Positions 10,871-20,354 of a stretch of DNA of 64,000 nt are shown piece after piece. The translations under genes and the position numbers were made by a program. Source of the DNA: Candidatus Kaiserbacteria bacterium. GTDB taxonomy: Bacteria; Patescibacteriota; Minisyncoccia; Phycocordibacterales; UBA918. Positions within the stretch are counted from its first letter, which is position 1. Each line of letters begins with the position of its first letter. Where the stretch lies: the NCBI GenBank assembly GCA_031430855.1, contig JANPCG010000015.1, positions 68,522 to 132,521 of the forward strand. The letters run 5' to 3'. Under the pieces are notes generated by a model. That model was not told the origin of the DNA and did no database searches. It was given only the letters and a program-made list of their open reading frames with translations.

Positions 10871-10961
10871 GTGAAGAAGTGTTAAGACACTTCTGCAAGA
10901 GGTTGCCTGCTATTTTGAAGAATGAAAAATAGCGACAACCTGAACAGGTTCTGTAAGAACT
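10869..10961 (+). repeat. Three-hairpin element, family T copy A
   Basis: AGAAGTGT/ACACTTCT; GCAAGA; GGTTG..CAACC; TGAAC; GTTC-TGTAA-GAAC. Confidence 0.8.
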
Positions 10962-11007
10962 GCATTTAGGTAAACGTTTTAATAAATACTCTTTAACAAC
11001 ACATACC

Positions 11008-11049
11008 ATGATCAAGACTGCTGTGCTGGCCGGAGGATGTTTCTAGGGT
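11008..11049 (+). pseudogene. Truncated msrA 5' end, copy 2
   Basis: Translates MIKTAVLAGGCF*G; the Trp codon of GCFWG is TAG. Confidence 0.8.
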
Positions 11050-11131
11050 GAGACAGTCCGGGGGACTGTCGCAAGAGGTTAACGGCTATTTTGGAAAAAT
11101 AGCGATAACCTGAACAGCTTCTGTAAGAAGT
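11046..11131 (+). repeat. Three-hairpin element, family T copy B
   Basis: GACAGTCC/GGACTGTC; GCAAGA; GGTTA..TAACC; TGAAC; CTTC-TGTAA-GAAG. Confidence 0.8.
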
Positions 11132-11159
11132 GGATGACCTATTCGTTAATATTTATTTT

Positions 11160-11654
11160 ATGACTAAAAAAGCTGTATTTGCCGGCGGATGTTTCTGGGG
11201 CATGGAAGACCTCTTTCGCGACCTCCACCCCGGCATCATTTCTACGGAAACAGGCTATACCGGAGGAACAAACGAAAACCCAACCTACCAAAATCATCTC
11301 GGACATGCGGAGGCGATTCAGGTCGAATACGACGCCACCAAAATTAGCTATCGCCAACTTCTCGATTTTTTCTTTCGGGTTCATAATCCAACGACGCTTA
11401 ATCAGCAGGGGAATGATCGTGGTACGTCATACCGGTCAACCATTTTCTATGGGAACGATGAGGAAAAAGCTGAAGCAGAGGCATTTATCGATCTCGTGAA
11501 TGAATCTGCACGTTGGGAAGATCCGGTTGTGACAACGCTCGAACCCCTCACCCGGTTTTGGCCTGCGGAAGATTATCATCAAGATTATTTAGTGAAGAAT
11601 CCAGGTGGATATACCTGTCACGCAATACGATTCGAATCATATTTAAAGCAGTAA
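11160..11654 (+). CDS. msrA: Peptide methionine sulfoxide reductase A
   Basis: AGGCFWG, GHAEA, QQGNDRGTSYRS and AEDYHQDY; ATG at 11160. Confidence 0.96.
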   Translation: MTKKAVFAGGCFWGMEDLFRDLHPGIISTETGYTGGTNENPTYQNHLGHAEAIQVEYDATKISYRQLLDFFFRVHNPTTLNQQGNDRGTSYRSTIFYGNDEEKAEAEAFIDLVNESARWEDPVVTTLEPLTRFWPAEDYHQDYLVKNPGGYTCHAIRFESYLKQ

Positions 11655-11738
11655 TTATATAAACACCAAAGTATCACAGCTGCTTTGTAAGCTGCCGTTG
11701 TATCGACTGCAATGCTCGTGATGATATACTACTCGTAT

Positions 11739-12332
11739 ATGTTAAAAGCAATATATTTTTTTCTCATTGTTGCAATCATGACTGGTATTGTTGGCGTGCT
11801 CTACACTCGCTTTAATAACGAATCGTCTACCATTGTTCCTGATACTGATGAGGCCGTTATGTGTACGATGGATGCGATGCAGTGTCCGGATGGCAGTTTT
11901 GTGGGAAGAACCGCGCCCAAGTGTGAGTTCGTTTGTCCGCCAGCACCAGCAATACCAGCAGATGTTCAAGCTTCTCTCGATGCCAAGGCAGGCTTGATTG
12001 TGGTCGAATCATTAATGCCAGGATCGGTTGTTACTAATGGCATGACCGTGACCGGGAAGGCGCGCGGAAATTGGTTTTTTGAAGCGTCATTTCCGGTATC
12101 TATTGTTAATTGGGATGGACGTATCATTGCGCAAAGTATTGCTACGGCAAACGGTGAATGGATGACAACACAATTTGTTCCTTTTGCTGCCACACTAAAT
12201 TTTGAATCACCGTACAAAGAAGGTGATCCTGATTTTATGAAGCGAGGAGCGATAATTATCCAAAAAGATAATCCTTCAGGTTTGCCGGAGAATGATGATG
12301 CGATTGAAATTCCTATTACCTTTGCACCATAA
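11739..12332 (+). CDS. Membrane-anchored protein with Cys motif and Gmad2-like Ig domain
   Basis: N-terminal TM helix, CTMDAMQCPDGSFVGRTAPKCEF, GKARGNWFFEASFP and KDNPSGLPE. Confidence 0.8.
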   Translation: MLKAIYFFLIVAIMTGIVGVLYTRFNNESSTIVPDTDEAVMCTMDAMQCPDGSFVGRTAPKCEFVCPPAPAIPADVQASLDAKAGLIVVESLMPGSVVTNGMTVTGKARGNWFFEASFPVSIVNWDGRIIAQSIATANGEWMTTQFVPFAATLNFESPYKEGDPDFMKRGAIIIQKDNPSGLPENDDAIEIPITFAP

Positions 12333-12445
12333 AGGGGTATGTCTTTGAATGGCATGGGCGTATACTATTGGTATTATAAACATAACGAATCAAGCGTGTA
12401 ATTCCCAAATTTCAGTAACGTTTACTCATTATAATTAGCTATTCT

Positions 12446-12517
12446 ATGGCCAAAGGCGAAGTCCGACATAAAAAAGAAGCAAAGAAACCAAAAAAGGAAA
12501 AGATTAAAGACATTTAA
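12446..12517 (+). CDS. 23-aa Lys-rich small protein
   Basis: MAKGEVRHKKEAKKPKKEKIKDI, followed by a hairpin and T tract. Confidence 0.55.
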   Translation: MAKGEVRHKKEAKKPKKEKIKDI

Positions 12518-12524
12518 TCTAACG

Positions 12525-12562
12525 AAAAACCGACTGGTCAATACGACTGGTCGTTTTTTTTG
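12525..12562 (+). terminator. Possible intrinsic terminator
   Basis: Imperfect stem followed by a T run. Confidence 0.45.
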
Positions 12563-12598
12563 TTATACTAATAGATATTTATAGGCAAATTATAAACT

Positions 12599-13213
12599 AT
12601 GAAAACTGGATATATTGTAGTGGGAGTAGGGTTGGTTGTCGTGGTAGGAGTGGTCGGATGGCTCATGTTATCAGGTGGTTCCGCACCGGTTGCTGAATCT
12701 ACTCAAACATACGTAGAGACCCCTACTGAAATTCCACCAGTCGCTGAACAATTGACGGGACAGGACACCCTCATGAATCTTTTAGGTCTCGGAAAAACAT
12801 TAGAATGCTCTTTTCAATTCAAAGATGATGGTAATCAAGGTGAAGGGACGGGATTCTTTGAGGGAAATAAAATGCGCGTTGATATGATGTACACCGCCAC
12901 GAGTGGTGAAGTATTTACTTCAAATATGATTAATGATGGCGCAACTATGTATCTCTGGTCTGATACTGAAGAAGGTAAATTCGCCATGAAAATGTCAGCC
13001 ACTCCTGATGCTGCTTCCGGTCAGGCGAGTCCACTGGATGTGCCACTTGATGCTACTACGAAGGTTTGGTATACCTGCAAACCTTGGAATGTTGACGGTT
13101 CTGTGTTTGAAGCACCACAAGACGTAACCTTTATGGATATGTCGAGTATGCAGCAACAAATGCAAGATCTCCAAAGGGGGATGGAAGATATTTCTCTGCC
13201 AACCTCGGAATAA
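12599..13213 (+). CDS. Membrane-anchored hypothetical protein
   Basis: N-terminal TM helix, LECSF, KMRVD and CKPWNVDGSVFEAP. Confidence 0.75.
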   Translation: MKTGYIVVGVGLVVVVGVVGWLMLSGGSAPVAESTQTYVETPTEIPPVAEQLTGQDTLMNLLGLGKTLECSFQFKDDGNQGEGTGFFEGNKMRVDMMYTATSGEVFTSNMINDGATMYLWSDTEEGKFAMKMSATPDAASGQASPLDVPLDATTKVWYTCKPWNVDGSVFEAPQDVTFMDMSSMQQQMQDLQRGMEDISLPTSE

Positions 13214-13280
13214 ATAATTATTTATCAACACCTTGGTATTTGAAATTCTGACAACGTGGAGTACTGTATAAAGTAACTGG

Positions 13281-13320
13281 AGGCCGGGGCACGCAAGTGC
13301 CCCGGCCTTTCTGTTGTTTT
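13281..13320 (+). promoter_or_regulatory. 5' leader hairpin with U-rich tail
   Basis: AGGCCGGGGCAC-GCAA-GTGCCCCGGCCT-TTCTGTTGTTTT, about 30 nt before the ATG. Confidence 0.55.
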
Positions 13321-13339
13321 AAAATTATTTTATAAAATC

Positions 13340-15973
13340 ATGGCTACCAATATGTTCACAATTATCAGAACCCAAACAGCCGGTATTATACTAGCTATCG
13401 TGCTCGCAGGTATTAGCTTTAGTCTACTTGCTCCAGCAGCTTCTGCTCAGGTAGCAAATAGTAGCGTTGTGTCACAACTGCAAGCCCAGATTGCAGCCCT
13501 TATGGCACAAATTGCTGGGATGCAGAGCGGGGTTAATACCACACCTGCAATAGAAGTTTTTGCAGTAGGCTCACTGGTTCAGCCGACAGCCAATGTGCGA
13601 GTTAGGTCCTTATCTGGTACTACTGGTGTTATTTTAGGAACTGCTACTCCGGGAAGTGTTGGAAAAGTAGAAGCCGGTCCAGTAAAACAAGGCGGTGTTA
13701 ACTGGTATCGTATCACATTTAAAACTAACCTATCGGGCTGGGTCGCTGGTACTTGGCTTACTAAGGTCAACAATCAGCTGGTAGATGTGAATACATTTGT
13801 TAAAACAAATAATGGTAGTGACAATAAAATGGAACCGGGCCTAGAAGATGCTTCTATTGTAAATATTAAAGTTTTGCCTGCTAGTTTCGATAGATATGCT
13901 AATAAAGTAGTTTTGCAATTTACTCCTACCGAAGTAAATGGTGAGGATCTACCCTGGGTCGCTTTTGAGAATATTTCACTTTGGGCTAATGGCTGGAATA
14001 TTCGAAACGTTAATGCGGGTGACATGGGTCTATGGAGGAAGGTTGGAAATAGTTACCAGATAACAGTTTTTTCTGGTAACCAAAAAATTTCACCCAACCG
14101 ACCATACAATTTTGTCTTGGCAGTCACGAGTGATGTGGATACTCCAGTAGGAGATCGTTGGAATGTGACAGTGCCAGCTAAAGGCGCAGTAATTTGGTCT
14201 CAGGCAAATGGTCACATGACTAACGCTGCTGCCATGACTACGTATCCGATTGAGTTTATAAAAAGTGATGAAGAAGAAGATCAGGTATATGTCGAAGTAA
14301 TTAAAACTGAAGCGACAGTTATTGCTAACACCTTTGTTAATAGCGAATCAGGTGAATTCAAAATAAAGTTTGAAGTGACGGCCGGTGATAGCGATGTTTA
14401 TTTATCGGGAGTACCAAATGGTTTAGATTATTTCGGCCGTCCATTTTCGGAGGATAGTTTTGTGAACTTTTCTATTGTGAATGGAGACGGACGAGTGCTA
14501 GATGGATATAAACTTGAGGGGTATACAACTACGCTTACTACTACAGCTAACGATGTTGTTGCTGGTCCAGGAACAATACACTTTATTAGCGAGGGTGAAA
14601 CAGAAGAATTTACCTTTGTGGTCAAATACAAACCAGCTACTGGTATGGCCGGAGCCTATCGAGTTCAGCTAGAAGGACCACTTCGATACAGCCCTGATAA
14701 ATCATTTAATGACGGGAAACCTAATAAAACTGCAGATATTAACGAAAAAGATTCACTAACACCGCAGCTTTACCTCATTGGCGGAGCTCGATCGACTGCA
14801 AAAATTGATTCCTTTACCGTTACACCAAGTAAAATACAAGCGGGTAGTGGAGTTCCAGTTACCTTTGCGTGGAAATCATCGGGAACTGCCTACTGTTATA
14901 TAACAGAAAATCTTAATGGAGTTACTAACAATCTTGGTCTGTCTGATTTGAAAACTCAAGGTACTGTAACGTATTATGTTCCAGATAAGTATACAAACGG
15001 AACAGAAGTGCCATATGTATTAAATTGCCAAGATGCCAGTACACAAAAAGATACATTAGTGCAGGCCACTACAAAAGTAAGCCTTGTTTCTGAAATGCCA
15101 TTTGTGACTATTACAGGTATTACAACTGGAGCTACCCCGATAATTTCAGGAAATTCTGAAGAGCGAATAAGTAAACTCGGCTTTTCTATAGCGGGCCCTT
15201 CGGGTGATAAGGTGTATGCAAGTGGTGATATTGCCCCGGTGAATGGTAAATGGTCACATAAAGTTACTGCAAAGTTACAAGAGGGTAACCATGAAGTGAT
15301 TGTATATATGGAAAATAAAGAAGTTGCTCGTAAACCGTTTACAGTTGGTGGACAAACACCAATAATTATGTGCATAAGTGGTGTTAAAAAATACATTGAA
15401 GGTACAAAATTACAGCAGATTATTGTGGGTGGTCAAACAACAGTTATAGCTGATGCCTCGTATGTGTGTCGAAAAGGGAAGTGGGTGATTGAAGGTTCGT
15501 TGCCAAATTCGCCAATTACCAGTAGTTCGACTCCACGCATCACGAGTATTGTTGCCAGTCCGAGTGGGCAATATGTCGCCACGGTGGTATTGGGTCGCCC
15601 AACTACTACACGTTCAGTGATGGGACCGGTTAATTTAGGAACTATTTCCTGGGGTGATCGGGTGACTGAAAATATCTTTGGATTAGTAACTAGAAATGAA
15701 ATGGTTGTTACGAAAAATCACACCTATAGAACACCTGGTACGTACACGGTTACGGTTAAAGGTCTGAGTGGAGCAACTGCCTCGAAAACAGTGGTAGTAG
15801 GGACTTCTGGTTCAGGTACGGGAAGTAGTACTCTTCCTATGATACGACCGTCAGGTTTTGGTGGTTCATCTAGTACTTCAACAGGTATCGTTCGTGGCGC
15901 ATCAGTCGATGTCTTTGCAGAAATTAGTTCAACACTTACAACTATTAGCGAAATGCTAAAAACAATAAAGTAA
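13340..15973 (+). CDS. Large secreted surface protein (coiled coil, SH3-like, Ig/PKD-like domains)
   Basis: Signal peptide (ASA), QLQAQIAALMAQI, VNWYRITFKTNLSGWV and ISWGD...HTYRTPGTYTVTV. Confidence 0.78.
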   Translation: MATNMFTIIRTQTAGIILAIVLAGISFSLLAPAASAQVANSSVVSQLQAQIAALMAQIAGMQSGVNTTPAIEVFAVGSLVQPTANVRVRSLSGTTGVILGTATPGSVGKVEAGPVKQGGVNWYRITFKTNLSGWVAGTWLTKVNNQLVDVNTFVKTNNGSDNKMEPGLEDASIVNIKVLPASFDRYANKVVLQFTPTEVNGEDLPWVAFENISLWANGWNIRNVNAGDMGLWRKVGNSYQITVFSGNQKISPNRPYNFVLAVTSDVDTPVGDRWNVTVPAKGAVIWSQANGHMTNAAAMTTYPIEFIKSDEEEDQVYVEVIKTEATVIANTFVNSESGEFKIKFEVTAGDSDVYLSGVPNGLDYFGRPFSEDSFVNFSIVNGDGRVLDGYKLEGYTTTLTTTANDVVAGPGTIHFISEGETEEFTFVVKYKPATGMAGAYRVQLEGPLRYSPDKSFNDGKPNKTADINEKDSLTPQLYLIGGARSTAKIDSFTVTPSKIQAGSGVPVTFAWKSSGTAYCYITENLNGVTNNLGLSDLKTQGTVTYYVPDKYTNGTEVPYVLNCQDASTQKDTLVQATTKVSLVSEMPFVTITGITTGATPIISGNSEERISKLGFSIAGPSGDKVYASGDIAPVNGKWSHKVTAKLQEGNHEVIVYMENKEVARKPFTVGGQTPIIMCISGVKKYIEGTKLQQIIVGGQTTVIADASYVCRKGKWVIEGSLPNSPITSSSTPRITSIVASPSGQYVATVVLGRPTTTRSVMGPVNLGTISWGDRVTENIFGLVTRNEMVVTKNHTYRTPGTYTVTVKGLSGATASKTVVVGTSGSGTGSSTLPMIRPSGFGGSSSTSTGIVRGASVDVFAEISSTLTTISEMLKTIK

Positions 15974-15993
15974 CAACCGTACAGAACGACATA

Positions 15994-16025
15994 AAAACAC
16001 TCGCCCGATACGGGCGAGTGTTTTT
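15994..16025 (+). terminator. Intrinsic terminator (bidirectional)
   Basis: AAAAACACTCGCCCG-ATA-CGGGCGAGTGTTTTT. Confidence 0.85.
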
Positions 16026-16064
16026 AGTTAACAAACAGCCAAAAATAGTGTATGGTACACACCT

Positions 16065-17561
16065 ATGTCTCGCATGGATGGATTGGTCGTCTTTAGTGAC
16101 GTCTCATATGAATATGATGCAACCCGGCCAATTTTAAAAGCGGCCAATTTTGTCGTGCGACGAGGTTCAAAACTTACTCTGATGGGTCAAAATGGTGCCG
16201 GCAAAAGTACCCTTTTTGCTTTGATTATCGGCCATCTTAAAGTGGACGAGGGCGATATTAACATTCAACCACGTACCACCATTGCGGTCTCGCGTCAGAT
16301 TATTCCACGGCCTGAATTAGAACTCACCGTCCGAGCATTTTTTGAACAGTGTTTTACTGAAAAAGTCTACGATATTGACCCTAAAATTGATGACGTGCTT
16401 GAGATTGTAAACTTGGTGCCAACAGAGAAAATGAAAGAGGAATTCAAGGACCGTATAATTGGTAGCTTCTCAGGTGGTCAGCAGGCGCGCTTGCTTTTAG
16501 CACAGGCGTTGATTCAGAACCCGGATGTTCTTCTGCTTGATGAGCCAACGAATAATCTTGATGTGGCTGGGATTGACCACCTCACCTTGTTCCTAAAGGA
16601 CTACAAGAAAACGGTATTGGTAATTTCCCACGACGCTGATTTTCTTAATTCATTTACTGACGGAGTACTCTACCTGAATGTTCAAAATCGTCAGGTGGAA
16701 CAATATAATGGAAATTATCATGCGGTCTTAAAAGATATTGCAGCTCGGGTGGAAAAAGAACAACGTCAAAACGCACAGCTTGCTAAAGAAATCCAAGCCA
16801 ACAAAGACAAAATTAACTACTTCTCGAATAAGGGCGGGAAGATGCGGCTGGTTGCTAAACGGATGCGGGACGAAGTCGAGGAAGCGGAAGAGAACAAAGT
16901 CGATGTGCGGCGTGAAGATCGGACGATTCGTCCCTTTACCATTGAAACCCAGCCGGAGGTACCGGTTGATGTAGTGAAACTCTCGTCATATAAAGTAATT
17001 CGTAATCATCAGCCCAAAGACGTGGAATGTTCCCTCATTATTAAGCGTGGTTTTCATCTTCAGATTATAGGTCCAAACGGAATTGGGAAAACCACGCTCT
17101 TGGAGTCTCTGGCGTCAGGTCATGCGAAAGGGGAGCATATTGCAGAAGGGGTAAAAATTGGCTACTACCGTCAGGATTTTTCTAATCTTGAGTTTGATAA
17201 AACAGTATTTGAAACATTGATGGATTCGATGTCAAAGAAAATTGAAGAAGATATGAGGTCTGTCGCCGCTGGTTTTCTTTTAACTAATGACGTGATGAAA
17301 ACTCGCGTGGGAAATCTCTCTGAAGGACAAAAAGGGCTGGTTGCCTTTGCCAAGCTGACGATGGAGCGGCCAGGCCTCTTGATTCTCGATGAGCCAACAA
17401 ACCATATCAATTTCCGACACATCCCGGTGATTGCCGAAGCCTTAAATGAATATAAGGGTGCCATGATCTTGGTTTCTCACGTCCCTGAGTTTGTGGAGCA
17501 AATTCGTATTGATGACGTACTTGATTTGGGTAAAGAGAGCAAACGAGTGAGAAGTGACTAA
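16065..17561 (+). CDS. ABC-F family ATPase
   Basis: Two ABC domains (GQNGAGKST, FSGGQ, LLLDEPTNNLD; GPNGIGKT, LSEGQ, LDEPTNH) and no TM helices. Confidence 0.92.
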   Translation: MSRMDGLVVFSDVSYEYDATRPILKAANFVVRRGSKLTLMGQNGAGKSTLFALIIGHLKVDEGDINIQPRTTIAVSRQIIPRPELELTVRAFFEQCFTEKVYDIDPKIDDVLEIVNLVPTEKMKEEFKDRIIGSFSGGQQARLLLAQALIQNPDVLLLDEPTNNLDVAGIDHLTLFLKDYKKTVLVISHDADFLNSFTDGVLYLNVQNRQVEQYNGNYHAVLKDIAARVEKEQRQNAQLAKEIQANKDKINYFSNKGGKMRLVAKRMRDEVEEAEENKVDVRREDRTIRPFTIETQPEVPVDVVKLSSYKVIRNHQPKDVECSLIIKRGFHLQIIGPNGIGKTTLLESLASGHAKGEHIAEGVKIGYYRQDFSNLEFDKTVFETLMDSMSKKIEEDMRSVAAGFLLTNDVMKTRVGNLSEGQKGLVAFAKLTMERPGLLILDEPTNHINFRHIPVIAEALNEYKGAMILVSHVPEFVEQIRIDDVLDLGKESKRVRSD

Positions 17562-17631
17562 TGTCACTTCGCAAGACCTTGCCTGCTCTTTTGGAAAAAG
17601 AGCGACAAGGTGTACCGCTTCTGTAAGAAGT
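17545..17631 (+). repeat. Three-hairpin element, family T copy C (contains the ABC-F stop codon)
   Basis: GAAGTGAC-TAAT-GTCACTTC; GCAAGA; CCTTG..CAAGG; TGTAC; CTTC-TGTAA-GAAG. Confidence 0.8.
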
Positions 17632-17666
17632 AGCGACTATTGCGAACTTTGTTCCCGATTTGTCCT

Positions 17667-17765
17667 CCTAAGGCTAAAACGTGATTTAATATCACGTTTT
17701 AAAACCATTTGAGATATTTTGAATTAATGAAAAATATCCAAATGGTGTACTGCTCCTGTAAGGAG
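17667..17765 (+). repeat. Three-hairpin element, family T copy D
   Basis: AAAACGTGAT/ATCACGTTTT; CCATTTG..CAAATGG; TGTAC; CTCC-TGTAA-GGAG. Confidence 0.75.
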
Positions 17766-17868
17766 AAGCGCTGGAGCGTATACTCCAATACTTTTGAATA
17801 CATACGTTATTTCCGTATTTTGCACCCTTGGTCCTTGAACTGGTATACTAGGGCACGTCATTTGCTGT

Positions 17869-18894
17869 ATGAAAAATATTATCTTTGGAATCCTTCTTCT
17901 TGGCATCGTCGCTGCTTGTGGGGGTGGCGCGTATTATTTTGCCACGCAGTATTCTTTTTCCCCTTCTTTGTCTCCTGCTTCATCAGCAGAATCTAGTCAA
18001 CCACCTGCTTCAACTGGCCCCGCAACTGGCCTGGTTTTTGCAAAGCGTACGTTTGTCGTTCCGCCAACAGGAAGTACTACGACAGAGCTCCTCTATGTTG
18101 CTGCTACCAGTATCAGGGATTACCCTATGGGACGCTATACCACAGAGGACGGTCGAGCCGCTACTCTCATGGCCTACGAGGACTACGTGTCATCGTTTGA
18201 AAATAATCTCCGCGTAATTCCCATTTCTATAAATATTGGAAACGCCGGTGAGCAGTTCTACCTAGCCCTTCTCGAAGGAGAAGAGATGAAACATACGAAC
18301 TCATTCTACATAGGCGAACAAATTAGACTTCAGTCGATAACCCGATTAGGCAATCAAGTTACCGTAAATTACTTTGTACACGACCGCGATCAAACATTTG
18401 CTGAGCGACCGCGAGTTAATACCACGGCGATATACGATCTTGTTGAAAAAAAGATTGTTCAGGCTGGGCGGACACCTAAAACAGAAGCGGTTGTTGTTAT
18501 GAAAGATTTTAAGGGTAAGTATTTGTGGGTAAAAACAGTACCAAAAGATGGCGATGAGGTGACACCCAATCAACCAGATAAATTCGGTGTACTCTTTAAT
18601 ACCAATCAAATTGAAATTCAAACAGACTGTAATTTAGGAAACGCGAGCTTCAGTGCCGAAGCTGGTTCGTCTACGGTATTTACCCTGGGTGAGATTGCGG
18701 CCACCAAAATGTTCTGTGAGAGTGCACAAGAAACGATTTATTTTGATATGTTTAAACAAGTTGACCGTTATGAAGAAGCAGAAAATGGTGATCTCACACT
18801 CTACTTCCGTGACGATGCTGGATATATGGAATTTGTCCCAGCCGGCAAAACACTTGAGTTTGAGGCAACTTCAACCACCGCCACGTCTTCGTAA
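17869..18894 (+). CDS. Membrane-anchored protein with C-terminal META (HslJ-like) domain
   Basis: N-terminal TM helix; TDCN...IAATKMFC. Confidence 0.78.
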   Translation: MKNIIFGILLLGIVAACGGGAYYFATQYSFSPSLSPASSAESSQPPASTGPATGLVFAKRTFVVPPTGSTTTELLYVAATSIRDYPMGRYTTEDGRAATLMAYEDYVSSFENNLRVIPISINIGNAGEQFYLALLEGEEMKHTNSFYIGEQIRLQSITRLGNQVTVNYFVHDRDQTFAERPRVNTTAIYDLVEKKIVQAGRTPKTEAVVVMKDFKGKYLWVKTVPKDGDEVTPNQPDKFGVLFNTNQIEIQTDCNLGNASFSAEAGSSTVFTLGEIAATKMFCESAQETIYFDMFKQVDRYEEAENGDLTLYFRDDAGYMEFVPAGKTLEFEATSTTATSS

Positions 18895-18910
18895 ATTGAG
18901 TACATATAAA

Positions 18911-18940
18911 GAAGCCGGCAAGTTGTCCTTGCCGGCTTTG
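18911..18940. terminator. Terminator between convergent genes
   Basis: AAGCCGGCAAG-TTGTC-CTTGCCGGCTT. Confidence 0.75.
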
Positions 18941-18957
18941 TGTTTGTATTGGCTCTG

Positions 18958-20352
18958 TCACAACTGAGCACGCTCTCTGATGGTCGCAAACGAGTCGTCG
19001 ACCAGCAGTTCGCCGTTCTGGTAGATCGGCCGCATCACCACATCGTCTTGGTTGAGGGTGGATGCGTAGTCCTCGGATACCGTACGGTATCCGCATGAGC
19101 CGATTCCACACTGGTAGACGAGGGCGAGACGGCCGCGCTTGCTGGCTTTGCGGTGGTCGGAAATTGGGTCTTTGTAGACTTCCCTCCAAACCCCGTTCTG
19201 CTTTACGGCGCTCGCCTTCATTGCGAATTGCATGGTGTCCCGGTCAACTTTCTGCAGCAGACCAGCACCCATACCAAACGCAATGTTGTCAGTCGAGATC
19301 ATTTCTGCCTCGAGGTTCGCGAGGATGGTCTCGAGAGATGCCAGGTTGATTCCGTCACCCTGAATCACTCGTACACACGAGGGAAGTACATGATACCCCT
19401 TCGAGTTCGTGGTGGAGCCAAAGGTTTTCATGAGGCGTTTGATCACCTCAATCGGCATCGTTGTGGGATCGCCCGAGTCTGGACGAATCACCAACGTACC
19501 CCCCATCGACATCACTTCCGACCGTAGTTCGCCGCCCCATAGCACGTCGACGGCATGGTAAATGTCGTAGCTGTCAGAGACGACGGCAACGAGTTTTCCT
19601 GCTCCCCCAAACTGGGAGAGCATGTTGCGGTAGGCATCGACCTCACTCTCCTTTCCCCAGGCGGTGATAGTAGAGTGTTCGGCTGCCGGGATTGAGAATC
19701 CCGGCATGTCTGCCTGGTAGTACCGGCGCGCTGTCATGAGACCCGAAATCGTATCGGTCCCCATGAAGTTCACCAGGTGTGCCATGCCGCCTAGGCCTGC
19801 CGCTTCTTCGCTCGTTGCACCACGCGCGCCAAAGTCGTGGAGCTTGAACGCAATCTGTCCATCTGGATCGTCCGAAGAGCGAACCAGGGAGGCGTAGATC
19901 AGTTCCTTCGCTTTCCGCGAGAGGCTGGCCACCGTGGTCGGGTACCAGATCGCCCGCAGGTAGCTCGTTTCAAGGTACGAGGTGAGCCAGGGGAGTTCCG
20001 GGTCGGTGTTCACTACTTGTGAGAGAACGTTCCGAGTCGGAATGACCGCCCCTTCCGGCGCCGCTTCGATGGTGACCGGAAGAAAGCCGCCGTACTTCTT
20101 GATGATGCGGTCGACGCCGGCCACGTTTGGTTCGAAGCCGTGAGCGCGCGCAATCATTTCCCACTCATCCCGGTCACCATTGGTGATAGGGGTGAGTAAG
20201 TTTTTCTTGATCCACGCTTGTGGTCCGAGAAAGACCGCGTTGTCGAAGGGTCCACCACGGGCTTCGATGTACGAAGACACGTGGGTGGTTCCGGGCGGGT
20301 ACTGACGAAAGTGCGACAGTTTGTAGCTGTCGACATCAAGTAAGATAGACAT
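18958..20352 (-). CDS. nadV: Nicotinamide phosphoribosyltransferase (NAMPT/NadV family)
   Basis: DSYKLSH, KLHDFGARG, SIPAAEHS, VSDSYD, IRPDSGDP and QGDG. Real start probably ATG at 20352. Confidence 0.92.
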   Translation of the reverse strand: MSILLDVDSYKLSHFRQYPPGTTHVSSYIEARGGPFDNAVFLGPQAWIKKNLLTPITNGDRDEWEMIARAHGFEPNVAGVDRIIKKYGGFLPVTIEAAPEGAVIPTRNVLSQVVNTDPELPWLTSYLETSYLRAIWYPTTVASLSRKAKELIYASLVRSSDDPDGQIAFKLHDFGARGATSEEAAGLGGMAHLVNFMGTDTISGLMTARRYYQADMPGFSIPAAEHSTITAWGKESEVDAYRNMLSQFGGAGKLVAVVSDSYDIYHAVDVLWGGELRSEVMSMGGTLVIRPDSGDPTTMPIEVIKRLMKTFGSTTNSKGYHVLPSCVRVIQGDGINLASLETILANLEAEMISTDNIAFGMGAGLLQKVDRDTMQFAMKASAVKQNGVWREVYKDPISDHRKASKRGRLALVYQCGIGSCGYRTVSEDYASTLNQDDVVMRPIYQNGELLVDDSFATIRERAQL

Positions 20353-20354
20353 GA

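Noticed and set aside
10869-11131. Family T tandem copies as a CRISPR array
   Set aside because: The units are ~90 nt, diverged and dispersed, with no regular repeat-spacer period and no cas genes.
17709-17996. 95-aa ORF overlapping element D, and the minus-strand ORF 38321..38707
   Set aside because: These are shadows of a repeat or of real genes on another frame or strand.
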